Assembly (NCBI GenBank): GCA_003482905.1
Contig: DMXM01000003.1
Location: forward strand, 5,285-69,284
Direction: 5' to 3'
DNA length: 64,000 nucleotides
Source of the DNA: Elusimicrobiota bacterium
Lineage (GTDB): Bacteria; Elusimicrobiota; Elusimicrobia; Elusimicrobiales; UBA9959
Under the pieces are notes generated by a model. That model worked only from the letters and a program-made list of their open reading frames with translations. It was not told the DNA's origin and searched no databases. Shown here piece by piece: positions 1 through 12,135 of the stretch (position 1 is the stretch's first letter; each line of letters begins with the position of its first letter). Position numbers and translations under genes: made by a program.

Positions 1-550
1 GGCGGCCGGTGAGCTCCGTTATTTTCCTGGCGCCCAGCTCCATCTCGTCCACCACGTCGCCCAGGTCGCGGGTGCCGCGCACGCCGTACTTGGTCTTCCC
101 CTCGGTGGAACAGAGGCGGTGCATCAGCCCGTGGTTCTCTATTTCAAACAGCGGGTCCGCCGACAGCGCCGCAAAAGTCTCCCTGTTCTTCTCTATCCAG
201 ACGCCGGTGACAAAAAGCGTGGCGGGGATCCGCTCGCGCCGCAGGTATTCTATGAGCGGCGCGTTATAGCCGCTATGGCGCCCGCCGCAAGCGTCGAAAG
301 TCAGCACCAGCGCCTTCTGGTCCATGCTTTTATCTTCGTCCTTGCGGCGGTATTTTACGAATTCGCTGAATTTCCCGGCGGCCGCCTTTTCGAATTCCCC
401 GACTATCAGTTTTTTAAAAGCCAGGTATTCCGGGGTGTAGTAGGATTTGAAAACATTGCGCTCGTCGCCGCGCGGGCGCCTGGCCGCCGCGGCCGGGGCC
501 AGCAGGCACGTGATGAAGAGCGCGGTGAGCAGCCAGTTGCGGTACGGCAT
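1..550 (-). CDS. polysaccharide deacetylase-family (NodB-like) protein; C-terminal part lies outside the window
   Basis: Not in the ORF track because no stop falls in the window. My minus-strand translation from the ATG at 550-548 reads MPYRNWLLTALFITCLLAPAAAARRP (signal-like), then ...KALVLTFDACGGRHSGYNAPLIEYLRRERIPATLFVTGVWIEKN...FEIENHGLMH. This resembles the divergent deacetylase motif set. The frame stays open to position 1. Confidence 0.55.
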   Translation of the reverse strand, partial: MPYRNWLLTALFITCLLAPAAAARRPRGDERNVFKSYYTPEYLAFKKLIVGEFEKAAAGKFSEFVKYRRKDEDKSMDQKALVLTFDACGGRHSGYNAPLIEYLRRERIPATLFVTGVWIEKNRETFAALSADPLFEIENHGLMHRLCSTEGKTKYGVRGTRDLGDVVDEMELGARKITELTGR

Positions 551-670
551 ATGTACATTCTAGGAAATTCGGCGCCGTTTTAACGCGACACCACGGTGTC
601 GGGATGACCTGCTATGCTATTAACGGATACCAAGGGAGCTTCCGGGGAAATTTGGCGGCGGGGAGGTTTT

Positions 671-967
671 ATGAAATGGACCGTGAACGAGTGGCTGACG
701 GAAGGGTACAGGGCCAGCAAGACCGGCGCGCTGAACGCCTATATTTACCGCGCGCTGAAATGGCCGGACTTCTACAATAACGGCGCCCCGGCCTACGAGG
801 TTAAATACAGCGGCGCCACCATAGCCCTTATACGCTTTGAAGGCAAAGGGGCCACGGTAAAGACGCTGGCGGCGGCGGCCCGCTTCCCGGAGATAAACGA
901 CCTGGACCTGGTGGAAATTGCGCTGTGGGTCAGCAAGCTGCGCGGGGCGTGCTCAAGCCCCAATTGA
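671..967 (+). CDS. small hypothetical protein (alternative start at 614)
   Basis: ORF 614..967. The internal start MKWTVNEWLTEGYRASK... has an ordinary amino-acid composition, unlike the neighbouring R/P-rich shadow ORFs. No recognisable motif. It overlaps the convergent SDR gene by 15 nt. Confidence 0.35.
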   Translation: MKWTVNEWLTEGYRASKTGALNAYIYRALKWPDFYNNGAPAYEVKYSGATIALIRFEGKGATVKTLAAAARFPEINDLDLVEIALWVSKLRGACSSPN

Positions 968-2416
968 TTCGGCCCGGCGGCGGATCTCGCGCAAGAGGCC
1001 GCGGAAGATGTAAGTATGTACGGGGTAGAGGGAGTACCAGTAAAGATTGCCCCAGAAACCGCGCGGCTCGAAGTAGGCCGTCATGCGCAGCAGGGAGGAG
1101 GAAGCGTTGCGCGGCCTGGCCTCGAACTGCAGCCAGCCCTTGCCCGGCAGCTTCATCTCGGCGCGCAGCAGCAGCATGCGGCCGTCTATCACGCGCTCCA
1201 CGCGCCAGAAGTCCAGCGCCTCCCCCTGGTGTATTACGTCCGGGTGGCGGCGGCCGCGGCGCATGCCCACCCCGCCGATAAGGCGGTCCTGCAGTGCCTT
1301 GAGGTTCCAGAGCCACTGGGCGTAGAACCAGCCGCGCCGGCCGCCTATGCCGCTGAAAGCCTTAAAGACGGCGCCGGCCGGGGCCTCCACGGTTATAAAA
1401 TGGTCCTGCAGTATCAGGCCCTCGGTATCTATGAAGGAACAGGGCCTGGCATAATGCGGCTCGTAGGCCGTGGTCCAGGAGGTCTCCACGGTGTTATCGG
1501 TGACGCGCATCAGCGCGTACTGCACGGCCGTGCGGTAATCCAGCGGCTTTATCTCCGGGAACAGGCGCAGGGCCTCGTCCGAAGAGCAGACCACGTCGTT
1601 GCGCAGGCTTTCCAGCAGCGGCCGGGCCAGCACGGCCGGCACGGGGGTCACCAGGCCTATCAGCCGGGAAGAAAGGTCCGGGGACCAGAGCACGCAGGAG
1701 AAGAAATTCCGCTTTAAGCCGCGGCTCTCGGCGTAGATAGCCATCATCTCCCGGTAGGTGTGCACGCTGGCGCCGCCTATCTCTATTGTTTTTCCGTCGG
1801 AGCCCGGCTTGTCCAGGGCGGCCGCCAGGTAGGCCAGCACGTCGCGGATGGCCACGGGCTGGCAGCGGGTGTCGCGCAGGTAGCGGAAGCACGGGATGAA
1901 CGGCAGGCGCTCCACCAGGTAGCGTATGATCTCAAAAGAGACGCTGCCCGAGCCCACTATTATGGCCGCGCGCAGTTCCGTCACGTTCAAGCCGGCCCCG
2001 CGCATTATCTCGCCCATGCGGTGGCGCGAATGCAGGTGGTGGGACAGCCCGGCGGCGTCCCCCCCCAGCCCACCCAGGTAGATCACCTTCTTTATCCCTG
2101 CCTCAACGGCCGCGGCGGCGAAATTGCGGGCTGAAGTTTCCTCGAAGGCCTCGAAATTCTCGGTATCGGCCATCGAATGTATAAGGTAATAAGCCGCGTC
2201 CGCGCCGGCCATGGCCTCTTTAAGGCCCAATCCGCAGAACACGTCGCCCTTAAAAATATCGACGCTGCCGGACCAGGGGCGTCCTTCCAGGTTCTCTGGG
2301 TGGCGGGCCAGCGCCCTCACGCGGTAGCCCCGGGCCAGCAGCCGCGGGATCAGGCGCCCGCCGATATAACCGGTGGGGCCGGTGACAAGTATGGTTTTAA
2401 TAGCGCTGGCGGACAT
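953..2416 (-). CDS. NAD(P)-binding SDR/NmrA-like oxidoreductase with a DUF2867-like C-terminal domain
   Basis: N-terminal Rossmann motif ILVTGPTGYIGGRLIPRLLARGYRVRAL. The C-terminal half (GWFYAQWLWNLKALQDRLIGGVGMRRGRR...FWRVE) is typical of DUF2867 fusions. Confidence 0.85.
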   Translation of the reverse strand: MSASAIKTILVTGPTGYIGGRLIPRLLARGYRVRALARHPENLEGRPWSGSVDIFKGDVFCGLGLKEAMAGADAAYYLIHSMADTENFEAFEETSARNFAAAAVEAGIKKVIYLGGLGGDAAGLSHHLHSRHRMGEIMRGAGLNVTELRAAIIVGSGSVSFEIIRYLVERLPFIPCFRYLRDTRCQPVAIRDVLAYLAAALDKPGSDGKTIEIGGASVHTYREMMAIYAESRGLKRNFFSCVLWSPDLSSRLIGLVTPVPAVLARPLLESLRNDVVCSSDEALRLFPEIKPLDYRTAVQYALMRVTDNTVETSWTTAYEPHYARPCSFIDTEGLILQDHFITVEAPAGAVFKAFSGIGGRRGWFYAQWLWNLKALQDRLIGGVGMRRGRRHPDVIHQGEALDFWRVERVIDGRMLLLRAEMKLPGKGWLQFEARPRNASSSLLRMTAYFEPRGFWGNLYWYSLYPVHTYIFRGLLREIRRRAESIGA

Positions 2417-2418
2417 AA

Positions 2419-4761
<2,343 letters not shown>

Positions 4762-4773
4762 TAAAAAGGCCGC

Positions 4774-4806
4774 AAAAAAAGCCCCCGGACCGCCGGGGGC
4801 TTTTTA
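4774..4806. terminator. bidirectional rho-independent terminator between convergent icd and the AAA ATPase gene
   Basis: The sequence is aaaaaaAGCCCCCGGaccgCCGGGGGCTtttt: a 9-bp GC stem flanked by an A-run and a T-run. Confidence 0.8.
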
Positions 4807-4819
4807 TTTATATGGAGGC

Positions 4820-6298
4820 TCAAACCGGCAGGATATTGCGCTCTTTGGCCCAATTGCGCAGGAAATCCACGGCTTCCGCTTTTATCACCGAAAGCGGGCG
4901 GGTGAGCTTTAGCTGCTCCAGAACATGCTTTGACGATATCTTCTCATTAGCGCCGGAGGCGCTGTAAAGGGCGGCGATGACGGCCTGCTCTATTTCGGCG
5001 CCGCTGAAACCTTCCGAGTTAAGGGCCAGGGAGGGCACCTCGAACAGTTCCGGGTCAAGACCGCGCTTGGCCAGGTGTATGCGCAATATACCCTCGCGCG
5101 CGGCGGCGTCGGGCAGGTCGGAGAAGAAGATCTCGTCGAAGCGCCCCTTACGCAGCAGTTCCGGCGGCAGATTATTTATATCGTTGGAGGTGGCGGCTAT
5201 AAAAGAGCGGTCGCGCCTCTCCTGCATCCAGGTAAGCATGGTCCCGAGCACGCGCTTGGACACCCCGCCGTCTATATCGCCGGAAGAGGAGGCGAAGATC
5301 TTCTCTATTTCGTCTATCCACAGGCAGACTGGGGCCAGGCGCTCCACCGTGGCCAGCGCCTTGCGCAGGTTCTCCTCGGTCTCGCCTATGTACTTGGAAT
5401 AAAGCCGGTTCAGGTCCAGCCGGTAAAGCGGAATGCCAAGCTCTCCGGCTATCACTTTGGCGGCCAGGGACTTGCCACAACCCTGCACGCCCAGCAGCAG
5501 CAGGCCCTTGGGCGGCGGCAGGGAACTTTCAGTGAAGAAAGAATTTCTCCTGTCGGCCACCCAGCGTTTCAGATTCTCGAAGCCGGCTATCCCGGCCTTA
5601 TGCTCGGCGCCGAAGAATTCCAGTATGCCGTCGCGGTCGAAGGCCTCTTTCTTGAACTTCTCTATTTCCGCCAGGTCGCCGCCGTCGAAGCGGCCGTCCT
5701 TAAGCAGGCACATATTAAGGGCGTTGCGCACCTGCTGCAGGGAAAGGCCTTTAAGCGTTTTTACCACGCGCTTAAGGATCTCCGGCGGCATATCCACCAC
5801 AAGGCTGGAGGAGGCCCGGCTGAACTCGCTCACCACGTTATTGACCTCTTCCATTATCTGCCGTTCGTCGGGATAGCCGCCGGTTATGCGGGCGGCCAGC
5901 GGGGCTATATCCGGGGGGAGCTTGATCTCGGAACCCAGCAGGACTACCGTGGTTGGCGTGCCCTTTATGGTATTGAGCATGTCCTTGAAAAAGCGGGCGG
6001 CGGCGGCTTCGGTCAGGAAGCGGTCCAGGTCGCTGAAGGCGAAAACGGCGCTGTGCGGGTCTTTGATGAGGTCGTTGGCGACGCGCAGCATGGCCACGGC
6101 GTCGTTGGTCTTATAGAAGGAGTTTTTATTGTTCCCGACGCGCAGCCCCATGGTGAGCGACCAGGAGTAGAAGGTCAGGGATTGGGTCTCCGCCACGCGG
6201 GCAAGCTGGCCCTGCACGTAGCCCTCGTCGATGGTGTCGACGAGGACCAGCGGGTAGCGGGATTTTATCAGGAGGGAGATTTCTTCTTCGAAGTTCAT
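4820..6298 (-). CDS. AAA+ ATPase (classic clade, single ATPase domain); start uncertain (6298, 6352 or 6397)
   Basis: Walker A LLLGVQGCGKSLAAK and Walker B CLWIDEIEKIF. The second region of homology FIAATSNDINNLPPELLRKGRFDE is present. MNFEEEISLLIK at 6298 looks like the natural N-terminus. Confidence 0.85.
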   Translation of the reverse strand: MNFEEEISLLIKSRYPLVLVDTIDEGYVQGQLARVAETQSLTFYSWSLTMGLRVGNNKNSFYKTNDAVAMLRVANDLIKDPHSAVFAFSDLDRFLTEAAAARFFKDMLNTIKGTPTTVVLLGSEIKLPPDIAPLAARITGGYPDERQIMEEVNNVVSEFSRASSSLVVDMPPEILKRVVKTLKGLSLQQVRNALNMCLLKDGRFDGGDLAEIEKFKKEAFDRDGILEFFGAEHKAGIAGFENLKRWVADRRNSFFTESSLPPPKGLLLLGVQGCGKSLAAKVIAGELGIPLYRLDLNRLYSKYIGETEENLRKALATVERLAPVCLWIDEIEKIFASSSGDIDGGVSKRVLGTMLTWMQERRDRSFIAATSNDINNLPPELLRKGRFDEIFFSDLPDAAAREGILRIHLAKRGLDPELFEVPSLALNSEGFSGAEIEQAVIAALYSASGANEKISSKHVLEQLKLTRPLSVIKAEAVDFLRNWAKERNILPV

Positions 6299-6537
6299 GA
6301 AGACGATTGGGGAAGAACAACTGCAGTCGGCGGATTTGTCGCTTTGCTCCATCCGCCTATAAGGAATACCGATGCTTAGGGCCCGGCAGACGGCCACAAC
6401 TTTCGCCTTCGCCGTCGCTCAGGCGAAGTCGCGGCCCCGCCTCGCCGCTGCGGCCTGGTGGCCTCGCGGCTCCGGCTTTCGATTCCTAGCGCGAGCCATA
6501 TTATGGCTCGCTCCGGGCGCAATGCCCAGAAATTATT

Positions 6538-6609
6538 TGCGCCCGGCAGGAATCGAACCTGCACTAGAAGCTTCGGAGGCTCCTGTGATATCCATTTCAC
6601 CACGGGCGC
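6538..6609 (-). tRNA. tRNA-Arg (anticodon CCG)
   Basis: The minus strand reads GCGCCCGTGGTGAAATGGATATCACAGGAGCCTCCGAAGCTTCTAGTGCAGGTTCGATTCCTGCCGGGCGCA. It has a 7-bp acceptor stem, a GGTTCGATTCC T-arm and the anticodon loop CTCCGAA. No CCA is encoded. Confidence 0.9.
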
Positions 6610-6680
6610 TTAAAGAGAACGGCAAAAAGAACTTAAAACTTCGGGAAACCGAGACTTACATTATACTTTTTCGGCCGCGT

Positions 6681-9329
6681 TTACACATGCTTCTTAGCTA
6701 TTTCCACTAGGCCGCGCTCGAAGGCCGGGAGGTCGGCGGGGATCTCGCCGCCGCCCTGGGCGAAGTCTTTGCGGCCGCCGCCGGAGCCGTTTATAACGTC
6801 AGCCACGCTCTTGGCTATAGCCGAGGCGTCGGCCTTAACATCGCCGGTGTGGGTGATGATAAAAGAGAACTTGCCCTCAGCCCTGGAGTAGATGAAAAGC
6901 AGGGTGGATTTGAGATCCTTTTTAACCTCGTCGGAAATGCCGCGCAGCTCTTTCATCTCCATCGTCCCCGCGTCATAAACCATGAAGCTCGACCCCGAGC
7001 CGTCTATGCCCTCGGCCAGCAATTTACGGCTGCCCGCCGCGGCAGCGGCCTGGGGAACCTTGCCCTTGCCGGCTTTCAGCTCTTTTATATTCTGCAGCAG
7101 CTGGTCCACGCGCGCGGGCAGCTCGGCCGGCGGCACGGAGAGGCGGGCGGAAAGGGCCTCCGCCACGCGGGCCAGCCCGGAGAGGTAAGAAACGGCGGCC
7201 GGCCCGGCCACGCCCTCTATGCGGCGCACGCCGCGCGATACCGAGGAATCCTTCAATATCTTTATCACCAGCAGCTCGCCGGTATGGTCGATATGGGTGC
7301 CGCCGCAGAGTTCCAGGCTGTAGCGGTCCCTGGCGGCTTCGAAGCCGCCCCGGTTTATAAGCACAAAGCGGGCCGGGTCCCTGTATTTCTCGCCCAGCAG
7401 GGTGGTGGCGCCGAACTTCCCGGCGTCAGCCAGCGGCCGCTCCGCCTTGGAAACGCGGTAATCCTCGCGCACCGCGGCGTTGGCTATTTCCTCCACGCGC
7501 GCCAGTTCCTCTTTGGTGGGGGTCTTGTTGATGGTATAGTCGAAGCGGAACCGGACCGGGTCCACCTCGGAGCCGGCCTGGCGGGTGGTGTCGCCGAACA
7601 CCTGCTTTAACGCGGCGTTGATGACGTGCGTGGCGGTATGGTTGCAGGCCGTGCGGTGCCTGTCGCCGGAAACGCGGGCCAGAACCTTCATGCCGGTCTT
7701 AAGCGGCACCAGCGCCTTTATGGCGTGAAAATAAACCTTGGTCACCGGCTTCTGCGTGTCGGTCACCGCGGCCAGCTCCGTTCCCTCGAAGAAAAGGGAG
7801 CCCGTATCCCCGGCCTGGCCGCCCGACTGGGCGTAGAAAGGCGTAACGTCCAATACGGCGTAGCCTTCGGCCCCGACCGACAGTTTCTCCACCATCAGAC
7901 CTTTGGCGTCCAGCAGCGCGATAACCGCGGACTCCGTTTCGGTGGCGTCGTAGCCTTTAAAAACGGTGGCCGGCAGTTTCTCCTCGGCGGTCTGAAAAAT
8001 AAATGAATTCTTTTCCCCGGAATCCTTCCAGCCGGCTTTGGCAACGCCTTGCGCGGCTTTGCGGGCTTCGTTAAAACCCTTCTCGTCCACCTCCACGCCT
8101 TTCTTCAGGGCCAGTTCGCGGGTAAGCTCGAACGGGAAGCCGTAGGTCTCGTAAAGGCTGAAGGCCTCCTTGCCGGGGATGCCGTTGGGATATTTATCCT
8201 GCAGGTCGGCCAGAAATTTCTCGCCGGTCTCCAGGGTCTCTATAAAGCCCTGCTCCTCAAAGCGCAGCGTCTCGTTTATCTGCTTGGCCGCGGCTTCCAC
8301 CTCCGGGTAGACCCCCTTGAAGACGGAGAAAACGGCGGGTGTGAGCTTGTGCAGGAAAGGGTCGCCCGCGCCCATGATGCGGCCGTAGCGGCTGGCGCGG
8401 CGGATAAGGCGGCGCAGCACGTAGCCGCGGCCCTCGTTGGAGGGGATCACGCCCTCGGAGATCAGGAAAGCCGAGGCGCGCAGATGTTCGCTGATGATGC
8501 GGAAGGCCGACACGGATTCGTCCGATCTTCTATAATCGGTTTTCAGCAACTTGGCGGCGGCCTCTATTATCGGGTGAAAAAGCGAGGTTTCAAAAGGGGA
8601 TTCCTTTTCCTCTACCACAAAAGCCAGGCGCTCCAGGCCCATGCCGGTGTCTATATTCTTGCGGGGCAGCGGCTTGTACACGCCGCCGGGCTGCTTGTCG
8701 AACTGCGTGAAGACGTGGTTCCAGATCTCTATGTAGCGGTCGCAGGAACAGGCGCCGGGACCGGCGCAGCCGGGGTGGTCGTACTTCCCGCCGCGGTCCC
8801 AGTAGACCTCGGAACAGGGGCCCGCCGGGCCGGTGTCGCCCATGGCCCAGAAATTATCCTTGTCGCCCAGTTCCACTATATGCGAATGCAGGTTCCCCGG
8901 CAGTATGCTCTCCCAGATGGCGCGGGCTTCCTCGTCGCGCGGGGCCACGCCGCCCTTGTAGATGGAAGGATAAAAGCGCTCGGCCGGCAGGCCCATTTCT
9001 TTTGTCAGGAATTCCCAGCCCCAGGCCAGGGATTCTTTTTTGAAATAGTCGCCGAAGGAAAAATTCCCCAGCATCTCGAAAAAGGTCAGATGGCGTATGG
9101 TTTTGCCCACATTGTCTATGTCGGTGGTGCGGAAGCTCTTCTGGCAGGAGGCCGCGCGCTTCATGTCCGTCTTCAGGCCCAGATAATAAGGCTTGAACTG
9201 CACCATGCCGGCGGAGGTAAAAAGCAGGGAGGGGTCGCCTTCGGGTATCAGCGGGCTGGACTTGACCACGGGGTGGCCCTGCCTGGCGAAATAATCCAAG
9301 AAACTCTGGCGTATCTGGTGGCTTTTCAT
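6681..9329 (-). CDS. alaS: alanine--tRNA ligase
   Basis: MKSHQIRQSFLDYFARQGHPVVKSSPLIP...LLFTSAGMVQFKPYYLG, an editing-domain HTATH motif and a C-terminal DHHA1-like GGGRKDFAQGGG. The track ORF begins at a TTG (9365). The ATG at 9329 is preceded by AGGAAG. Confidence 0.97.
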   Translation of the reverse strand: MKSHQIRQSFLDYFARQGHPVVKSSPLIPEGDPSLLFTSAGMVQFKPYYLGLKTDMKRAASCQKSFRTTDIDNVGKTIRHLTFFEMLGNFSFGDYFKKESLAWGWEFLTKEMGLPAERFYPSIYKGGVAPRDEEARAIWESILPGNLHSHIVELGDKDNFWAMGDTGPAGPCSEVYWDRGGKYDHPGCAGPGACSCDRYIEIWNHVFTQFDKQPGGVYKPLPRKNIDTGMGLERLAFVVEEKESPFETSLFHPIIEAAAKLLKTDYRRSDESVSAFRIISEHLRASAFLISEGVIPSNEGRGYVLRRLIRRASRYGRIMGAGDPFLHKLTPAVFSVFKGVYPEVEAAAKQINETLRFEEQGFIETLETGEKFLADLQDKYPNGIPGKEAFSLYETYGFPFELTRELALKKGVEVDEKGFNEARKAAQGVAKAGWKDSGEKNSFIFQTAEEKLPATVFKGYDATETESAVIALLDAKGLMVEKLSVGAEGYAVLDVTPFYAQSGGQAGDTGSLFFEGTELAAVTDTQKPVTKVYFHAIKALVPLKTGMKVLARVSGDRHRTACNHTATHVINAALKQVFGDTTRQAGSEVDPVRFRFDYTINKTPTKEELARVEEIANAAVREDYRVSKAERPLADAGKFGATTLLGEKYRDPARFVLINRGGFEAARDRYSLELCGGTHIDHTGELLVIKILKDSSVSRGVRRIEGVAGPAAVSYLSGLARVAEALSARLSVPPAELPARVDQLLQNIKELKAGKGKVPQAAAAAGSRKLLAEGIDGSGSSFMVYDAGTMEMKELRGISDEVKKDLKSTLLFIYSRAEGKFSFIITHTGDVKADASAIAKSVADVINGSGGGRKDFAQGGGEIPADLPAFERGLVEIAKKHV

Positions 9330-9370
9330 GCTGGTAGCGCTTCCTTTTTTTCTGCGATAAATCAAAACTG

Positions 9371-9378
9371 ATTATACA
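9371..9378 (-). promoter_or_regulatory. extended -10 (TGTATAAT) upstream of alaS
   Basis: The minus strand reads acaaaatTGTATAATcagttttgatt, about 40 nt upstream of the ATG at 9329. No clear -35. Confidence 0.45.
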
Positions 9379-9402
9379 ATTTTGTCCCGCCGCCCCGCCC
9401 GG

Positions 9403-9438
9403 CAAAGAAAAAGCCCGGAAGGTTTTATCCCCCCGGGC
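9403..9438 (-). terminator. rho-independent terminator after the 9468..10376 gene
   Basis: The minus strand reads GCCCGGggggataaaaccttCCGGGCTTTTTCTTTG. Confidence 0.5.
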
Positions 9439-9467
9439 CTTCTTACGGCCGCCAGGCCGCCGGCGCC

Positions 9468-10376
9468 CTATATTTTCAATATGTCGAAGTGTTTGTAATT
9501 ATCCAGGCCTACCCTGAATATCTCGGGCCTGAGCACGCCCATCTTCTCATACTGCTTCACGGCCAGCACGGGGATGGCGGCACTGGGGTTGATCATCCCG
9601 GAGGATTCAAGCGGGATGCGCTGATTCTTTAACAGGACCTGGTTCACCAACCCGACATTATTATTGGTGCAGCTGTTGGAGAGCATGTTGTAGACCTCAT
9701 GGTTGCGGTTGGTCTCGTCTATGCGGGCCATCAGCAGTTCGAACAGGCGCAGGGTCTGGGCGCGGCTGATGTTCATGTTCCTGAAGAATATCTCCATTTT
9801 GGTAAAACCCACCACGTAGTCGGCGTAGCTTTCGAACGTGGTCGCACTCCAGATAAGCGGGTAGCGCCCCTCGAACGCGTGGCTAAGCGTGTAACCGTAC
9901 GGCTCCCTGGCCCAGGCCTCGGCGCCGAAAGTCAGAACGCGCGCCGTCGCGCCCCGGGAGTCGGTCACTCCGCCCTCTTTAAAAACGAAGATCAGCAGGG
10001 TATGGCCCGTGCCGAAAGTTTTATAACCGTATATCACCTTTTCAATAAGGTCGGGGTTTATCCTGACCGTTTTCCAGGAAAAGCTTTTGTGGTCCGCTGG
10101 GGTGCGGCCCCAGCGCACGTTCTCCAATGTTACGCCGGCGCCGGCGGCCAATTTGGCCGGCTTCTGGTAGTAGGAAAAAGGGGCGGCCGGGTCCCAGGTG
10201 TTGTGCACGCTGTTTATATGGGAAAGCGCGGCGCCGCGTTCTGACGGCAGCGGCGCCTCCGGGAGGGAGATCCCCGGGGCGGACTTGGCCAGTTGGGCCA
10301 GTGGTAAATTCTGCTGTGCAAAAGAAACAGAAAGGAACGAAGTCACTATCACTATAGCCAGAAGGTGTTTTTTCAT
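9468..10376 (-). CDS. secreted hypothetical protein, possibly DUF4105 (Lnb N-terminal) family
   Basis: The internal ATG at 10376 gives the signal peptide MKKHLLAIVIVTSFLSVSFAQQ. GHTLLIFVF and the C-terminal YNMLSNSCTNN resemble DUF4105 motifs, recognised from memory only. Confidence 0.55.
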   Translation of the reverse strand: MKKHLLAIVIVTSFLSVSFAQQNLPLAQLAKSAPGISLPEAPLPSERGAALSHINSVHNTWDPAAPFSYYQKPAKLAAGAGVTLENVRWGRTPADHKSFSWKTVRINPDLIEKVIYGYKTFGTGHTLLIFVFKEGGVTDSRGATARVLTFGAEAWAREPYGYTLSHAFEGRYPLIWSATTFESYADYVVGFTKMEIFFRNMNISRAQTLRLFELLMARIDETNRNHEVYNMLSNSCTNNNVGLVNQVLLKNQRIPLESSGMINPSAAIPVLAVKQYEKMGVLRPEIFRVGLDNYKHFDILKI

Positions 10377-10431
10377 TGGTTGTCCCTTTTTAACATTGGC
10401 GCCATAATATTCTAGCTGATAGGCAGCCGTA

Positions 10432-10492
10432 CGGAAAAGGCGCAGGGCCCAGCCGCGGTCGGTTATTGGACCTATACGCGGCTGGGCCCTGC
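10432..10492 (-). terminator. strong hairpin terminator after the PiT gene
   Basis: A 16-bp perfect stem, GCAGGGCCCAGCCGCG (10442-10457) paired with CGCGGCTGGGCCCTGC (10477-10492). It is followed on the minus strand by GCCTTTTCC. Confidence 0.6.
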
Positions 10493-10514
10493 GGGCAATG
10501 CGGCGCAAAAGCGC

Positions 10515-11516
10515 CTACTTGAACAGAATTACCGCCAACTGGTAGCAGGCGGCCGATATAAGGGCGGCGGCGGGGATGGTGATGATCCAGGCCCAGACTA
10601 TGTTGCCGGCCACGCCCCATTTCACGGCGCGTATGCCTTTAAGGGTACCAACGCCCACTATGGCGCCGGTTATGGTATGGGTGGTGCTTATAGGCACGCC
10701 TATAGCCGAAGCGCCGAACAGCACCATGGAGGCGCCCAGCTCGGCGCAGAAACCGTCCACCGGGCGCAGCTTGGACAGCTTGTTGCCCATGGTCTTAACA
10801 ATGCGCCAGCCGCCGGACATGGTGCCCAGGGCTATGGCTCCGTTGGCCGAGAGCACCACCCAGAGCGGTATATGGAATTCCGTCCCCAGGTAGCCGGCGC
10901 TGAACAGCAGGCCGGCAATTATGCCCATGGTCTTCTGCGCGTCGTTGCCGCCGTGCCCCAGGCTGTAGGCCGCCGCGCTGAGCAGCTGTCCCTTGCGGAA
11001 CAAATGGTCCACCTTAGAAGGGGTAGATTTGGCGGCCAGATTATAAACGAGAACCCCGAGCGTTAGCCCCAATAGCATTCCCACTACCGGAGAAATAACT
11101 ATGAAAGCCAGCGTTTTCAATATACCGCTCATCACCAGCGCGGTAGGCCCGGCCTTCACCAGCGCGGCGCCTATAAGCCCGCCCACCAGGGCGTGCGAGG
11201 AGCTGGCCGGTATGCCGAAATACCAGGTTATGATATTCCAGGAGGAGGCGCCCATCAGCGCGCCGAATATGATGTAGCTGTCCACCTGGGCGATATCCAC
11301 TATGCCCTTGCCGATGGTGCCGGCCACGTGCAGGCCGAAGAAGGCGAAGGCTATGAAGTTGAAGAAAGCCGCCCACAGCACCGCGTACTTGGGAGAAAGC
11401 ACGCGGGTGGCCACTATGGTGGCTATGGAGTTGGCGGCGTCGTGGAAGCCGTTCAAAAAGTCGAAGAACAGCGCCAGCGCCACCAGGAAGATTATGGCTA
11501 TAAGCGTGCTATCCAT
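10515..11516 (-). CDS. pit: inorganic phosphate transporter, PiT family
   Basis: The PiT signature FFDFLNGFHDAANSIAT occurs near the N-terminus and the repeated GGNDAQKTMG motif in the second half. The protein is polytopic. Confidence 0.93.
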   Translation of the reverse strand: MDSTLIAIIFLVALALFFDFLNGFHDAANSIATIVATRVLSPKYAVLWAAFFNFIAFAFFGLHVAGTIGKGIVDIAQVDSYIIFGALMGASSWNIITWYFGIPASSSHALVGGLIGAALVKAGPTALVMSGILKTLAFIVISPVVGMLLGLTLGVLVYNLAAKSTPSKVDHLFRKGQLLSAAAYSLGHGGNDAQKTMGIIAGLLFSAGYLGTEFHIPLWVVLSANGAIALGTMSGGWRIVKTMGNKLSKLRPVDGFCAELGASMVLFGASAIGVPISTTHTITGAIVGVGTLKGIRAVKWGVAGNIVWAWIITIPAAALISAACYQLAVILFK

Positions 11517-12135
11517 GTTTCACCAGTATGGACTCGATGACCTTGGCCACGTGCTCGCATTTGTCCAGCGTGCCCTCCGCCACCTCGTAGATCTCCTTCC
11601 ACTTTATCACCATGATGGGGTCCTTCTCGGTCTCGAACAGGTGGCTGATGGCTTTTTCCCGCACCTGGTCGCCCATATTCTCCAGGCGGTTGATCTCTAT
11701 GCAGTAGTCCAGCACGCGGCGCTGGCGCTTGGTATCGGGCATATATTTGACCGCGCTGGCCAGGGCGGCGGCGGCCTGGTCTATCAGGTCTATGAACTGC
11801 GCGAAGTGCTCGTCGCCCGGCTTCAGCTTGTAGAGCTTCATGCGGCCGGCCATGGCGTTGAGCATGTCCAGCACGTCGTCGAGCTGGTTGGCCAGCGCGT
11901 AGATGTCCTCGCGGTCTATGGGCGTGATGAACGTGCGGTTGAGCATGTCGGTGATCTCGTGAGCCAGGGTATCACCCTCATGCTCCAGGTTATGGATCTT
12001 TTTCACTTCCGCCTCGTCCAGCACGCCGTCCTTCACGGCTTCCTTAAAGAAGGCGGCGGCCTTCATCAGGTTCTCGGCCTGCAGGTTGAGGTAGTCGAAG
12101 AACTTCACTTCCTTGGGGATGAAATTTATAGCCAT
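11509..12135 (-). CDS. DUF47/TIGR00153-family PhoU-like Pit accessory protein
   Basis: FFDYLNLQAENLMKAA...HNLEHEGDTLAHEI...TPIDREDIYALANQLDDVLD is typical of the family. It overlaps pit by 8 nt, the classic pairing. Confidence 0.85.
   Translation of the reverse strand: MAINFIPKEVKFFDYLNLQAENLMKAAAFFKEAVKDGVLDEAEVKKIHNLEHEGDTLAHEITDMLNRTFITPIDREDIYALANQLDDVLDMLNAMAGRMKLYKLKPGDEHFAQFIDLIDQAAAALASAVKYMPDTKRQRRVLDYCIEINRLENMGDQVREKAISHLFETEKDPIMVIKWKEIYEVAEGTLDKCEHVAKVIESILVKHG

Noticed and set aside
6491-6511. A perfect palindrome GCGAGCCATA-T-TATGGCTCGC, 27 nt beyond the tRNA-Arg 3' end.
   Set aside because: It is most simply a transcription-termination or processing hairpin for the alaS-tRNA transcript. 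It lacks a T-tract, occurs once, and gives no other hint of function.
6610-6680. A TATAAT (minus strand, GAAAAAGTATAATG) and a weak hairpin between the alaS stop and tRNA-Arg, as a dedicated tRNA promoter or alaS terminator.
   Set aside because: There is no acceptable -35. The hairpin has only about 5 bp, including a wobble pair. The tRNA may simply be co-transcribed with alaS, so this is too weak to report as a feature.
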